Shown here: piece by piece, positions 25,462 to 39,305 of the stretch
How the letters are laid out: each line of letters opens with the position of its first letter
Numbering within the stretch: the first letter of the stretch is position 1
Assembly: GCF_018350175.1 (NCBI RefSeq)
Contig: NC_058373.1
Location: 100,132,001 to 100,196,000, forward strand
Direction of reading: 5' to 3'
From: Felis catus
Lineage: Eukaryota
DNA: 64,000 nt
Translations under genes and position numbers: made by a program
The notes under the pieces: model-generated
What the model saw: the letters and a program-made list of their open reading frames with translations, nothing else
The model's database searches: none
What the model was told of the DNA's origin: nothing

Positions 25462-26205
25462 GAACAAACAGGGGATGGGCAGAGAGAATTTTTTTTTTTT
25501 TTAACGTTCATTTATTTTTGAGAGAGAGAGAGGGAAGCAGAGAGAGGGACCCAGGATCCAAAGCAGGCTCCATGCTGACAGCAGAGTGTCCGATGCAGGG
25601 CTTGAACTGGTAAACCTCAAGATCATGACCTGAGCCGAAGTCTGATGCTTAAACTTCTGAGCCACCCAGGTGCCCCAGAAAAGAGAGAATCTTAAGCAGG
25701 CTCCACGCTAAGCTGTCAACCTGAAGCCTGACTCGGGGCTGGAAGCCACAAACCATGAGATCATGACCTGAGCCCAAATCAGGAGTCCCCTGCTTAAGCA
25801 ACTGAGACACCCAGATGCCCCTTTAACTTGTATTTCTAAACGCTAGGTCAACATTTAGTTTTTGATTTAGTGTCTAGCAATATTTACTGACTTGTTTTAA
25901 GATTTTACTTTGTAAGTAATCTCTACAACCAACATGGGGCTCCAACTTACAACTCTAAGATCAAGAGTCACATGCTCTACTGACGGAGTCAGCCAGGCAC
26001 CCCTGCTAACTTGTTGTTTTTTTAATGTTTATTTATTTTTGAGAGTGAGACCACAGAGCAGGGCAGGGGCAGAGAGAGGGAGACATAGGATCTGAAGCAG
26101 GATCTGCACTGTCAGCACAGAGCCCTATGTGGGCTCGAACTCAGGAACTGTGAGGTCATGACCTGAGCTGAAGTTGAATGCTTAACTAAGCCCCCCAGGG
26201 ACCCC
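25385..26205 (-). mobile_element. Cluster of four minus-strand CanSINEs, one nested in another, with (GA)n at 25411-25457
   Basis: Nested copy at about 25490-25676 bounded by agagagaat. Confidence 0.85.
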
Positions 26206-28049
26206 TTCTCACTTGTTTTTTTAAAATGCTTAGGATCTCTGCCTCTCCCCAATCTCCAAAGAACTTTATTCACTAACTTGTAAGTTCTTAAAGGCAGGAA
26301 TCACACCATAGTTATCTCTATATCCCAAACACTCAGGTCAACATACACACTGTGTATAAATGTTTGTTGAATGAATAATTTCCACCATTCATCTCCCCTT
26401 ATCTTTTCTTCCATTTATTTCCTTTATTTCTGTGTGTGTGTGTGTGTGTGTCGTTTCCATTCACATCTATATGCTTGTCTCCAATTTTCTCTTCATATCT
26501 GTCATTGCTTGTTCCCTCTCCCCATTTCCCACCTTACCCCTATCTCTTCCATTACTGACCATAGTAGAACTAAAATGTATTCTTTTTCAGTCTATTGAAC
26601 TAAAATTGATGGTCTCTGTTCTTAAGTTGATTTAAATAGATCATTTTTAATTTTTCTGAAATTTGTTTTTTACTAGGGGACCCTCAATTTATTATTTTTT
26701 AAAGTTGATTCTGGAAAAAAAAAAACCTGTCACTTTTGTTCTAAATGGAAAAGAAAGGGATCCAACAGATTTTTGTGTTGGGGGAGTATTCAAATCTTGA
26801 AAATGTTACAAAACGGGGGGGGGGGGGAAGCTTAAATACTAATCAGAAGGAAAAAAGTGTGAAAAATCTAAAACTCCCCAATTTTAATCAGATATCTAAA
26901 AAGGTTATTGGAGAGGAAAGTGAAAGTTGAAAGCTCAACATGTACTTTCATTCCATTATCTAAAAATCTAGACTATAGTTGAAAATGTTACATTGGACAT
27001 CTTCTTTCAACGCTAAATACCTTATTTTGAAGTCTCTTATTTCTACTTTATTTTTAAATGTTTACACTTTGTGTTATGTTATATTTGTAACCTGAAGAAA
27101 AATGAACCTTCTTCCTTTTAAGTACTTGACTGTATGCAGTTTGCAACGTAAAGGAGCTTTTCCATCTTAGTTGGAAAGCAGCAATTTCCTTTTAACCTCT
27201 TACCCATAGCCAGGTAACACCTCAAATCATTCAGCAAAACGACAGGATGCAAGAATATAAAAGTGAAAGAGACAGTTCTTCCTCCCATAATATGTAAAGC
27301 TGTTTCTTTCCTCTGTGAAATAGTAGCATTGTCCCTACACAAATGTTATTTCTGATAAAAAAAAAAATAATAGTAAAATCCACTTAAAAGGAAAAATTTG
27401 GATTGCCTACCTCAATTTTGTATAAAATGTAATTTTTATCAACAGAAGCCAACCAAAACGTGACTTTAAGAGTAATTATATTAAAATACAGGATCATGTA
27501 GACCAGAAAACCTCTAGATTTCTTTAATGTTTTTTTTTTTTTTTCCTCAAGGAACCCACATCTCATGATCGTAATAAGCTTGTAATCAAACTTGTGCGCT
27601 GAGGGGTAAGACTCATCCTCCCAATTCAGACCAGCCAAATGAGTGTCACGGTAAGAGAATCTCATTACATTTAGTAAATAGAAAGGACACACAGAGCGAG
27701 TAGACACTGCAAGCCGCGGCCTCAAAAACACAAGGCAGATGGGCTTAGAAACAGGAAAGCCTCACGAAACGATTCTCCTGCCTGACAACGACATCTGAAA
27801 GTAGCCTCCCCCACCCTACAAAGGCGTACCCTGCCCAGGAAGGATGGCGAAGGCACCTAGCATGAACACATCGTACGCAGTTCCAGGTCAAGTTAGAAGT
27901 TAGGAAGACCCAGGTTCCGCGAAAATAACAAATACTGAGTGAGCGTGCACAGTGTGCACGCCCTCCCCGGGCAGGGAAGACCAACAAAGATGTATAAACC
28001 AACTCGGTAAAATCATACAGCATGCACCCACACCTCTCCCCCCACAACG

Positions 28050-28930
28050 GATCCGAAGCGCCGGAGGGCACGGTGACGTCCAGGCTGCGGTGGAAGACCT
28101 GTACAGACCACGCCAGGCAAGCCGCAGAGGGCTGAGCCTGGCCAGGGAGCAGAAGCTCAGGGGGGCTCATCCCGGAGGGTGGAGACACAGAGGCACTCCT
28201 AGCCCCTCACCTGCCGGGGTGCGCGGGACGGAGCGCAGGGCGGAGGCGGGAAGCACCGGGAGCGGCCGCACGGCCGCGCACAACCCTCACCTGGCAGAAG
28301 CACCTTTGCGCCGCCGTCTCCGGGGGCTGCTGCCCACCGCGACCCGAGCCGAGCAGCCACACGGCCCCCACGAGGCCGATCAGGAAGCCCCAGCGGCGGC
28401 CCATAGCCGCTCTGGCCTCTCGTCGCCCGGCCCCTCCCGGTCCCAGCACTCGGGCGCAGGCCGCGCGTCCGCTGATGAAGCCCGCGCGGGCCGGCCCCCG
28501 GCGACGCCCCACCTCCCGGCCTCCTCCCAGGCCCGCCCTCGGCTCTCCCGCCTCTCAGCGGCCGCCACCTCCCGGCTGAGCCTGCGGACGTGCCAAGGCG
28601 CCCGCTCCGGCCGCCCGGGGCCTCGGGTCGGCTTCCTTTCCCGCGCGTGAGGCTGACGCACGAGCCCGCTTCCCGGCTCGGCCCCGCCCGGAGCACCGCG
28701 CCCGTCCCCGGCCCCCAACGCCCGGTGCCTAGAGCCTGGCTCCGGCGCGCCCGCCGCAACCCCAGCGCGGGCGTTGGGGGTCCTTCCCGCCGCCACCGCG
28801 CGAGCGAGCGAGCGAGAAACCCGAGGGGTCTGGGTCTCCCCGCAGGGCCCGCCCCACCCCGCGCAGTCCCGGCCAATCCTTCCGTCTCTCCAGACGAGGA
28901 AGTCAAACCGTACCAATTACGCATCCACAG
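28050..28930. promoter_or_regulatory. ERO1A: CpG island / ERO1A promoter and 5' UTR
   Basis: Very GC- and CpG-rich. GC boxes, CCAAT at 28873 and 28913, RCGTG cores at 28588 and 28645. Confidence 0.9.
28291..28404 (-). CDS. ERO1A: ERO1A coding exon 1 (signal peptide), ER oxidoreductin 1 alpha
   Basis: ATG at 28404 in a gctATGg context. MGRRWGFLIGLVGAVWLLGSGRGGQQPPETAAQRCFCQ followed by a GTGAGG donor. Lies in a CpG island. Confidence 0.97.
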
Positions 28931-28980
28931 TGTCCCTGACAGTCTTAAAGCTGAAAGGGATTATGAGTGATAACCTAGAC

Positions 28981-29216
28981 CAGGGCTGCATAATAGAGTT
29001 TCTAGTCGTCACATCGAAAGAGCAAAAAGAAACAGGTGAAGTTCATTTTAATAATCTATCTTATTCAACCCAATATGTGCAAAACATTTCAAAATACACT
29101 CAATATTAAATTATACATATTTTATGTGTTGTTTTTGAAATCTGGTGTGCATTTTATGCAAACTAGCCACATTTCGTAGTCAAATGTAGCGAGTGGCTCT
29201 GTATCCGTCAGCACAG
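28981..29216. mobile_element. MER33-like hAT-Charlie element
   Basis: 'aaaagaaacaggtgaagttcattttaataat...aaatctggtgtgcatttta...ctagccacattt'. Confidence 0.7.
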
Positions 29217-30394
29217 GTGGAAACTACCCTCTCATTTCATAGGAGGAAACAGGCCCAGAGTGAGGCGATGATGTGAGAGCAAGGGGCGAGCTGGATAGTG
29301 AGAGAGCCATGTCCTATAAATCCCAGCCATGGGTCTAGTCTAAAAGCCCCCCCCCCCCAGGATAAATTTTCATGGTGAAACTGGAAAGCTTCCCAACACC
29401 TTACACATTAAAATTTCAAATTAAAAATTTTTTGGTATGTCATTTTTTAAAAGCCACCATTTAATGAAGTAGCTTAGGATATGATAGGCACCAAATAGGT
29501 TTTACTTCTGTTTTCTAGCTGAGAAAAATAAGCGTAGAAAGTTTATATATGTTACTCAAAGTCACATGGATGATAGAGATGAGACTCAAACTCAGATTAT
29601 TTCTTACTTCAATGCCCATAACCTATGGTCTGTCCATCACTTATTAATCCAATCTCCCTCTTTACCTAGGAAGTTCGTTTTCATCAGACCTGTGTACAGA
29701 TCTATTTATCTCTCCAGGGCCCAACCCAGCTCACTCATTCCCTCTTCTATGTGGTCTTCTTGGTTTCCTCTTCATCCATTTCCAGTCTCTACATGAGTTT
29801 TGATTCAATAAACTTACTCTATGCCAGACTGAGCTAGACATTACAGATACGAAGATACAGAAGGCCCAATCCCTGCACATGGAGAGACACCCCATGGAAC
29901 TTAGCAGGTGATCTTTGATGACATTTCTACTTCATGTTTCTACAACTGAATCGTAATCTCTTTAAACTCCTTAAGCAGGGATTATGTCACAAACATACCT
30001 GTGACTCTCAATACCTTAACAAAGCTTCTCTTTGCAAGTGTTTGTAAAATGAATGAATGTTTTATATTATATATATATTATATACATTAATGTATATAGT
30101 ATATATTAATACTGGCTACAGTATTAATATCTGAAGATATCAAAATATCTATCAAAAATAAGAGACATAATATGAAAATGGAAAAACTAAACAATAAAGC
30201 CTAAAACTGCAGAAGGAAGCAATCTGAACATGAATCAGCTCTGGATTTCGCGCTGATGCAATAAGCCTGTAATTTGGGAGAGCTTAAAACTGTCAATGTT
30301 CTCAGGACGAAAGCTTCCATTCCTAAGATTTGAACTCTTGCCCACAACAAATTTAGCAACCTTGTAATCAGAAACAATCACCATATAAGACTAT

Positions 30395-31020
30395 TTTTTA
30401 TTTTATTGTTTTTTCAGCTTTATTGAGGTATAATTGACTAATAAATTTTTAAATGTATGTCATAATGATTTGGTATACAGATAACATTGTGAAAGGATTC
30501 CCCCCATCAAGTCCATTAACACATCCATCATCTCACATATTTACCCTTTCTTCCTTCTTGGTGAGAACATTTAAGTTCAACTCCCTTAGCAAATTTCAAT
30601 TTTACAATACAGTGTTTCCAACGATAGGCACCATATTATACATTAGATCCTCAGAGTTTATTCATCTTATATTAGAAGCTTTATACCCTTTTACCAAAGT
30701 CTCCCTATTTTTCTTTTTTTAATTTGACATATAAGTGAAACCATGCATTTGTCTTTCTCTGTCTGGTTTATTTCACTTAGCATGATGCCCTCAAGGCCTA
30801 TCCATGTTGTAGCAAACAGCAGGGTTTCCTTCTTTCTCACAGCTGAATAATAACCCATTGTATATGTATACCACACCCCCTTTATCCATGTAGCCATTGT
30901 TGGACACTGAGGTTGTTTCCAAACTTTGGCAATTGGGAATAGGCGACATCAAACGTGGGAGTGCAGACACCTTTTCAAGATAATGGTTTCATATACACCC
31001 AGAAGTGGGATTGCTGGATT
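30395..31020 (-). mobile_element. L1 3' fragment
   Basis: ORF2 C-terminus WIKGVWYTYTMGYYSAVRKKETLLFATTWIGLEGIMLSEINQTEKDK. Confidence 0.88.
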
Positions 31021-31600
31021 TTGCTTTATTATCTTGATAATTATCATTTTTCCTTTCAGATTTGTAAGGGACTTTAGAATGTGCAAAATACAGTTTTGTG
31101 CACCTGATGTAACTACACTGACACTTCCCTAAGAATCCTTCAATTTGGTCCTTTGTGTGAGTTCAGTTTTTCCACTCTGCCTTCTCTGACAGTCATCTCA
31201 CCTGTGTTAGGGCCTAGGCAATAACTCATTAGTCATTCAGGAACTATTAAGGAGCACCCACAGGGTACATAGTTCAACCTTTGCTTTCCAAAAGTCCAGC
31301 CTCCACTTTATTATACCTTAGCTAAACAACATTAAATTTTTTACAGATGAACAAGGCCATCTAGTTATTCTAATACTAGTGATTGTAACAACAACATAAC
31401 TTAGATTTAGTGTACACAGCATTTCTTGATGGAATTCTGATTACTATGTAAACAACAGCTGTTATTATTATTTTTAATGACCAAAGCAGGAAATGGCTTG
31501 AGCCCAATTTCTCAAAATGGGGCATGGAGATTTACGTAGGGAGCTTCTCAGTACCTAAACATTTTCTGGCACTGAGTAGGCTAGAAGGAACTAATTTAAA

Positions 31601-31815
31601 TTTTTTTTTTTCAACGTTTATTTTATTTTTGGGACAGAGAGAGACAGAGCATGAACGGGGGAGGGGCAGAGAGAGAGGGAGACACAGAATCGGAAACAGG
31701 CTCCAGGCTCTGAGCCATCAGCCCAGAGCCTGACGCGGGGCTCGAACCCACGGACCGCGAGATCGTGACCTGGCTGAAGTCGGACGCTCAACCGACTGCG
31801 CCACCCAGGCGCCCC
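31601..31815 (-). mobile_element. Young SINEC_Fc
   Basis: 19-bp TSD tagaaggaactaatttaaa (31582-31600 / 31816-31834). Confidence 0.94.
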
Positions 31816-32299
31816 TAGAAGGAACTAATTTAAAGAGAAAAATTTGGTCAAGGAAAAGGAGTATTATGACACTCAAGAGGAAAAAAGGCTAAGTAAAAAC
31901 CTAAAGGTTTTATTAGATCTATTTATCTAATATTCATTGACTATAAATGTGCACATGGTACATTGCTAGAATTTTCTCTCAAGATGCTTGAGATTATTTG
32001 AGCTGGGGGAGAAATACCATCTAAGCTCTATCTTCACCTCCTCTCCCTCATATTCCTGGAAGAACAAGCTACATATAGTAGAAACTGATAAGTTCCCATT
32101 TATACCTTACCCCACTGTGTGGCCTGATTTCCAACTCTACCTTCCTACTCCTCTATACCTGGCCTTGTTACGGCCAAATTAATTACCATTTTCATGAGAT
32201 CGTGAAATCTCTGCTGCATTTTGACAATGCTGATTTCTCCTTCCTTCGATTCTACTTTCTATGTACCAAACACTCCAGATTCTCTTCTCTTACACATTT

Positions 32300-33830
32300 C
32301 TTTTTTAAAAGCATGTTTATTTATTTTGAGAGAGAGAGAGAGAGAGAGAGAGCACAAAGAATCCCAAGCAGGCTCCATGCTGTCAGCACAGAGCCCAATA
32401 CGGGCTTGATCCCATGAACCATGAGATCATGACATGAGCTGAAATCAAAAGTCAGATGCTTAACCGACTGAGCCACCCAGGCACCCCTCCCTCCTTATAC
32501 TTTTCTAATATTTAACTGTCTCCTTCGTGGGCTTTCCCCCAGCCCACCTCTAAGATGTGAGTGTTCCCCAGGATTCTATTCTCTGTCCAGTCCTCTTCTT
32601 CTATACTCGCCCCTGGAGAAACTTGACCAGTCTCATGATTTTAAATACCTCCTCCCTGCCAATGACTCTCAGATCTATTTTTCCACTTCAGATCTCTCCC
32701 TTGAGCTTCAAAATCCAACTGCCTATTGGACACAACCATCTGCTTTTCTTAGAAATGTTTGGTCACACCACCATCCATATCTAGACACCTAGAAAGTAGG
32801 AAGCCACCCTCAGTTTCTCCCACTTTTTCACCAATGAATAGATTGGTTGATCTATTGATCAACCAAGTTTGCCAGTTCTTTCTTCAATTTAGTCCCTCCT
32901 CTTCATCTTTATGACCAAGGACTTAGTTTCAGCCCTTATTGTCACTCACCTGATTTATTGTCACAGTTTCCTAAATGATCGTCCAGCCTCTAGGCTTGCA
33001 CCTATTCCAAACAGCCTCCATGCTAGCCTAGTTTCTCAAAAATAGCAATCTGGAGCACCTGGGTGGCTCAGTCAGTTAAGCATCCGACTTCGGCTCAGGT
33101 CATGATCTCGCAGTTTGTGAGTTCGAGCCCTGCGTCAGGCTCTGTGCTGACAGCTCAGAGCCTGGATCCTGCTTCAGATTGTGTGTCTCCCTCTCTCTCT
33201 TCCCCTCCCCAGCTTGCTCTCTGTCTCTCTCTCAATAAATAAATAACTAAATAACTAACTAAATATTTAAAAAATAGAAATCTGACCATGTCACACCTCT
33301 GTTTAAAATCTTCAATGCTCCCAACTATCTGAGGACTCAAATTCAAAATTTTCAGCATGACATTCAAGGTCGTCATGATCTGGCCTCACCTCTTTCTCTA
33401 GCTAGATCTCCAATACCTCTCTGCCTTACCGTCACTCAACTATTAACAATTCCCCACATAGACCTTTTTTCCACCCTCCATGTCTTTATTCACCCTATTT
33501 CCATTCCTGAAATGTCTTCTGCCCTGTCCCACACCAACTGCTCTCACTTCATCTGGCTAACTCCTTTAAGATTCAGCTCAGGCAACTGCTACCTCCATGA
33601 AGTCTTCTGTAACTCCTCTGTGCCTGGATTAGGTTTCTCCTCTTTGGTTCCATAAGTTCATATAATTGTGCTTAGCACATGGAATCAAACAGTATTTATG
33701 TAGAATTTCTTCCCCTTTCAACAGAGGGGTAGTGAACTTGCCTCGGTAGTCTCGGGTTGCCCAGCACTTAGCATTTTGTGTGTGCTTCACAAGATGACTT
33801 CTGAGTGAATTAATGAATGTACACATAAAT
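32300..33830. mobile_element. L2 remnant (about 32490-33830) with CanSINEs at 32300-32487 (-) and 33052-33272 (+)
   Basis: Pyrimidine-rich L2 motifs 'gttccccaggattctattctctgtcc...aatctgaccatgtcacacctctgtttaaaatcttcaatg'. Confidence 0.75.
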
Positions 33831-34220
33831 TAACTAATGAACTTGAAAAGATAACAGCATGAGATGTCACAGGGCAATGTGTGATTATGTTTTAAACAAA
33901 CACTATTAGCTTACAGGCAAAGCAATCATTTGGGGCAGAAGTAAATCTGGATGGGACAGAGGACACAATTGAATTGGAATTGACAAGAGAAAATTCACAA
34001 AAGGTGTGGATGTGGGAGAATTGGTGACAAAGTAGGAGCTCAACTACCACCTGATAGGTTAGAAAAAAACAAAAGAAACTTATCTAAAATTCATATAGAA
34101 AACATTTCAATATCAAGATTATCCAGTCAAGAAACAAGTGTGGCTCCAAACTGAGGGACTCTAGACTCAGCATGATTCCAAGTAGACCAGACAGAGTTCC
34201 AAAGTGAAAAAAGGGTGAAG

Positions 34221-34456
34221 TGGGGTGCCTGGGTGGCTCAGTCGGTTAAGCATCCGACTTCAGCTCAGGTCACCATCTCTCAGTCTGTGAGTTCGAGCCC
34301 CGCATCGGGCTCTGGGCTGATGGCTCAGAGCCTGGAGCCTGCTTCCGATTCTGTGTCTCCCTCTCTCTCTGTCCCTCCCTCATTCATGCTCTGTCTCTCT
34401 CTGTCTCAAAAATAAATAAACGTTAAAAAAATTTTTTTTTAATTAAAAAAAAAAAA
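34221..34456 (+). mobile_element. SINEC_Fc
   Basis: TSD aaaaaagggtg(a/g)agt. Confidence 0.9.
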
Positions 34457-34699
34457 GGGTGGAGTAAGTGAAGGCCCTCCCTGCTGAATGTTAAAACGTC
34501 TCCCCTACCTCTAGCAGATCACATGTAACTCTCAGCTCCAAAACTTGCAGACCTTATGCATACCTGCTTTCCACTCACTGCCTCATGCCTGACCCCTCCC
34601 TCTCCTATTCTAAAAGGAGAGTGAAGAATTCTTCTAGGAATAAACAACAGCATCTGAAACAACAGAACAGTTAGTCCCCCTACTCACACACTCAGAATT

Positions 34700-35868
34700 C
34701 AACTTCCTTTTTATTTAATGCCTCAGTCTATGATCAGAAAACCAAGGCTCACAATGTTGTTAAGGAAAGCCTCCAACATGACATAGCTCAAAACAAATAA
34801 GAAAATAGGAACTTTGAATGAAAAAAGGGAAGGAAGAAAAAACAAAAAGCTATAATCAATATCATCAAACATGCAAGAACAGGAGTCTATAAAAAGGAAA
34901 TATTAGAGAGCAAGAAACAGATCTTGGAAACTATATGATAGCCAAAATAAAAAGTTTTGACAGAAACATTGAGGAAATCTCCTAAATAGCAATATAAAAA
35001 GACAAAGAGGTAGAAATAAATAAAAAGAGATGGAAAAAATAGAAGGTTAATTAAAGGAGAACAGAGTCTGATTAATAAGGGTACCAGTAAGGGAGAACAT
35101 GAAAATGGAGAGGAAATCATCTTAGAGGTTATTCAAGAAAATAGCCAAAAATGAAGGATGGCTATCTAGATTGATAGGGACACTGAGTGCCCAGTTCACT
35201 GGATGAAAAATTCCCCTGACAGATAAAATTTTCAGACAGAAAAACAAAACACCCAATATCCTACAAAGAATTAAGAATCAGAAAGGCACTGATCAGAATC
35301 AGAAGCACTGGAAGTTCCAGGACAATGGAGCAAGGCCATTTAGCCAGCCAAGCTATTAATCAAGCCTGAGAATAGAATTAAGATATTGTTATGTATGAAG
35401 AATAATGTACATCTTTAAATCCTTTCTCAGAAAATTATGGGAGGATATGCTCCAACCAAAGGAGTAAACCAGAAATGAGGAGACATGGGTGTCCAGAAAG
35501 AGGAGATAGCACCCAAGACAGGACTTAAGAGAACTTCTGAGAAGACAGCCCTAGAACCCAGATTAGAGCGAGGAGGGAGGCCTCAGGAGGAGTGTCGCCA
35601 TGTAAACTGGACGGACACCTGATGTGACTGACTTTATGGAAAACACTACTCAGAGGAAGTTAATAATTATATTGTAAAGTTGGGGAAAAGTGATTTAAAA
35701 AAAAAAAAAAGAAGAGCATCTAAAAAATGAGGCAGCTTTTTAGGGCACCTGGGTGGCTCAGCGGGTTAAGTGTCCAACTCTTGACTGGCTCAGGTCATGA
35801 GCCTCCAGGTTCATGAATTCGAGCACCATGTCAGGGTCTGTGCTGGTAGCATGGAGCTTGCTTGGGAT

Positions 35869-35920
<52 letters not shown>

Positions 35921-36660
35921 CCTCCCCCACTCACTGTCTTTGCCTCTCTCAAAATAAATAAAAATAAACTTTAAAAAAATGAGGCAGCTTTTAAGTCCTG
36001 GAAGTTCAAATACCTTTACAATAAAACAAATGTAACTATTGTATATTGCTTGATTTATACAGCCCCACAATGAGACAAATATGGGATGTGATTTAACCAA
36101 ACTTGTGTATATTATATGTATTGGAGGACAGATGTAGGGAAAGTAGGGATCTGAAGTGATATAAGGATGCTAAATCTTTATCTTCCTTATTAGCAAGTGA
36201 AAAGATAAATCCTAAAATTGATCTATCAAGAAATAGAGCATAAGCATATTATTTACAAAGAAAACATGGAAGAAACGTGTTGAAGGGTTGGGGAATGGGA
36301 CCTAGGGGTAGAATAGGGTGGGACAATGGACTCCTCTTTCCCAATCTAAAATGTTGTAGTACTTTTTACTTTTTTAGTTTTTTTTTTTTAAATTTTAAGA
36401 GAGAGAGAGAGAGAGTATGCGTGCTTGAGCAAGCAGGGGAGGGGCAGAGGGAGAAAGAGAGAGGGAGAGAGAAGGAGAATCTTAAGCAGGTTTCACACTC
36501 AGCAAAGAGTCTGAGGTGGGGCTGGATCCCACGACCATGGGATCATGACCTGAGCAGAAAGCAAGAGTCAGACCCTCAACCAGGGTGCCACCCAGGCACC
36601 CCAAAGTGTTGTAGTACTTTTTTAAAAAGGTCTTTATGTATTACTTTATTAAAGAAGAGT
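34700..36660 (+). mobile_element. Very old L1 (L1ME-like) A-rich remnant with SINEs at 35742-35978 (+, long (CT)n) and 36370-36602 (-)
   Basis: A-rich ORF1-like decay. SINE TSDs aaaaaatgaggcagcttttt and tgttgtagtactttttt. Confidence 0.6.
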
Positions 36661-36886
36661 ATTTCCCAGAAGTCTAGGAATTCCAACTTCTATTCCTACT
36701 TCAACAACTTACTGCTTAGCCATAGATACATTTAATTACATGAATTCTCGTGGGCATTTAGGGAGAGATATTTGGGATGACAATTTTCCAAAAACTCAAG
36801 TGTTGTGGCTGATCTGCAAGCAAAAGTAGTTGCTACTTGCCTATCTGGTACTGTTTCCCAATTTCTCTCTAGAATAATCAGTTCCT

Positions 36887-37420
36887 GTCCTATTAGTTAT
36901 CTGTCACTGTGTAACAGATTACCACAAAACTTAATAGCTTAAAACAAATGAATATTTATCGCCTCACAGTTTTTGTGGACTTTTGTGCAATTCAGGAGTA
37001 GTTGAACTGGGTTGTGTGACTCAGTCTCTCACTATGCTGCAATCAAGACTAGGGCTTCAGTTATCTGAAGGCTTCCCTAGGGCTGGAGGCTCTGCTTCCA
37101 AGAAGCTTCACTCATATTGCTGCTGGCAGGAAGCCTTAGTTTCTTGCTGGCTCTTCCTTGGCATGTGGGCCTTTCCATAGATCTGTTGATATGTCCTCAT
37201 GGCATGACAGCTGGCTTCCCCCAGAGGGAGTAATCCAAGGGAGAGTAAGGAGGAAGCCCTAATACCTTTTATGACCTAGTCTCAGTAGTTGTATAACGTC
37301 ACTTCCACTTCATTCGACTCTTCTAGAGCAAGTTGCTAGATCCAGGGAAGGGGAATTAGGCTCTACTTCTTGAAGTGGGCAATATTAAAGAATTTGTGTA
37401 TGTATTTTAAAACCGTGGCA
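36887..37420 (-). mobile_element. MaLR LTR (MLT1H-like)
   Basis: 'tattagttatctgtcactgtgtaacagattaccacaaaacttaatagcttaaaaca...ttttatgacctagtctcag'. Confidence 0.78.
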
Positions 37421-37589
37421 CCCATCAATGACACATCATAGGTAAGTAGATTAGGAGATTATCCGTAATATTTTTTTGAAGATCTAAATCTATCTCATCA
37501 CTGTTTGTTATGACATCATTTTAAGTGACCCCCCCCAAACTAAGATATGCCTAGTTTCCTAAAAACTCTTTTTCTCTACTGTATGGTAT

Positions 37590-37818
37590 TTTTATTTTTA
37601 TTTTTTATATTAAAAAATTTTTAATATTTATTTTTGAGAGAGAGAGACAGAGTGCAAGCAGGGGAAGGCAGAGAGAGAGGGAGATACAGAATCTGAGGTG
37701 GGCTCCAGGCTCCAAGCTATCAGCACAGAGCCTGATGAGGGGCTCAAACTCTCAAATCATGAGACCATGACTTGAGCTGAAGTCAGAAGCTTAACCGACC
37801 GAACCACCCAGACATCCC
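37590..37818 (-). mobile_element. CanSINE
   Basis: TSD ctctactgtatg(g/a)tatttt. Confidence 0.9.
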
Positions 37819-38789
37819 TCTACTGTATGATATTTTAAGGTCCTAGAGTACTGATGACTCTTCTTAGTCTTTTTGTATCTGCTTCTATTATAATATCTGA
37901 TATATTCACACACCCATTCATTCAATAATTTATATATATAATCATCTTCTGGGTATACAATAATAAGCAAGAAATAGTCACAGTCCTTGTTTTTCTAGAG
38001 CTTATAAACTACTAGGTGGAAAAGACACTAAACATTTAAGCATGCTTATGAATGTAAAATTACAAGTTGAGGTACATTTTCTGACGAAGAGGGATATGGT
38101 CTTACGGGTGCATATAAAAAAGAAACAGGGCTGTTCTGAGCAGCCATGTGGAAAATAGACAGGAGGTTCATCTGAAGTTGGACTTTTGCCAGATGGGTGA
38201 CAGAAAAAGAACAAGGGCCAGGGAGTTTAAAATATTGGTATGTTATGTGCTCATAAATATTATCGGATTGAACCAAACTGAGCTGTCTTTTTTTTTCTCT
38301 GTCTTATCCTCTCTTCTTTATTTCTTGTCAGAGGTGATATCTTTTAGTATCCACGGGCTAGTTTGACCAGAACACTTGCAGCTGAGCAGGAGAAGGGACT
38401 ACCCGTGCTCAATCCATCTTCCTTGTTTATTATCTACTGCAATTTACAATTATATTTAGAAAAACAGAATATAATATTCATACAATAACCATAAGATTTT
38501 TTCCTAAGATATTTGAAGACATCTTTTACATGACTTTGGTAATTTAATTTGCATAAATTTGCACTTTATATGTATATGTAGAACATACCTATTTAAACTC
38601 AAATATCCAGGACCACTGTATTAGATGAGCTCAAATGGCATATATTTGGGGACTCTGACTGAGTCTGTTGAATATAACAATAAATTCTCCCCAGGAACAA
38701 TGCTAGAAGAGGTGCAGCAATGGGGACCTGTTCTGCAAAAATTGAGGTCATTACTACCCTTAAAGTAATTAATTTAAAATCACTATTTA

Positions 38790-39305
38790 AAACACTATTG
38801 AGTGCTTACTGTGTGCCAGACATTGTGTTAATAGACACATATCTTATTTAATACTCATGATATCCTACGAGACAGGTACAGTTATTACGCTCATTTTACA
38901 GAGATTTTTAAAGATTAAGTAATTTGCCTGAAAGCACAGAAATCTGAGTTCTGTCAGACTTTAAAAGCTCCTGACTCAGCCTACTTCAGCGTCTTCATTT
39001 TGTGCTCCGTTTCTCTATAGCCCACCCTCTTCCGGTCTCACTGGCCTCCTTTCTGTTCCTAGAAATGAGCCAAGCTCTTTTTTTACCTGAAGATCTTTGC
39101 ACTTGCTGTTTCCTCTCTCTGAAAGTTTCTTCTCCAGTTTGTTGCATGGCTGGCTCCTTATCTCAGATGTTCTTCTAAATTAGTTCTCCTCACCTTACTG
39201 TATAACATCGCCATGTTTTATTTCCATCATAGTATTTATTACACTCTGAAATTATTTTTTCAGATCTTATCCTTAGTACCTCATTCACTGAATGAATGAA
39301 TAAAA
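38790..39305. mobile_element. MIR (about 38790-38970) abutting an L2 3' fragment (about 38975-39305)
   Basis: 'ttgagtgcttactgtgtgccagacattgtg...cattttacaga' then 'actggcctcctttctgttcct...tgaatgaatgaa'. Confidence 0.7.

Noticed and set aside
28913..28929. Possible ERSE (CCAAT-N9-CCACG) in the ERO1A promoter
   Set aside because: The spacer is 7 nt and the half-site is CCACA, so it does not fit.
27745..29109. Long ORFs (up to 241 aa) on both strands over the ERO1A CpG island
   Set aside because: Low-complexity Arg/Gly/Pro/Ala products expected from stop-poor GC-rich DNA. Only 28291-28404 matches a known protein.
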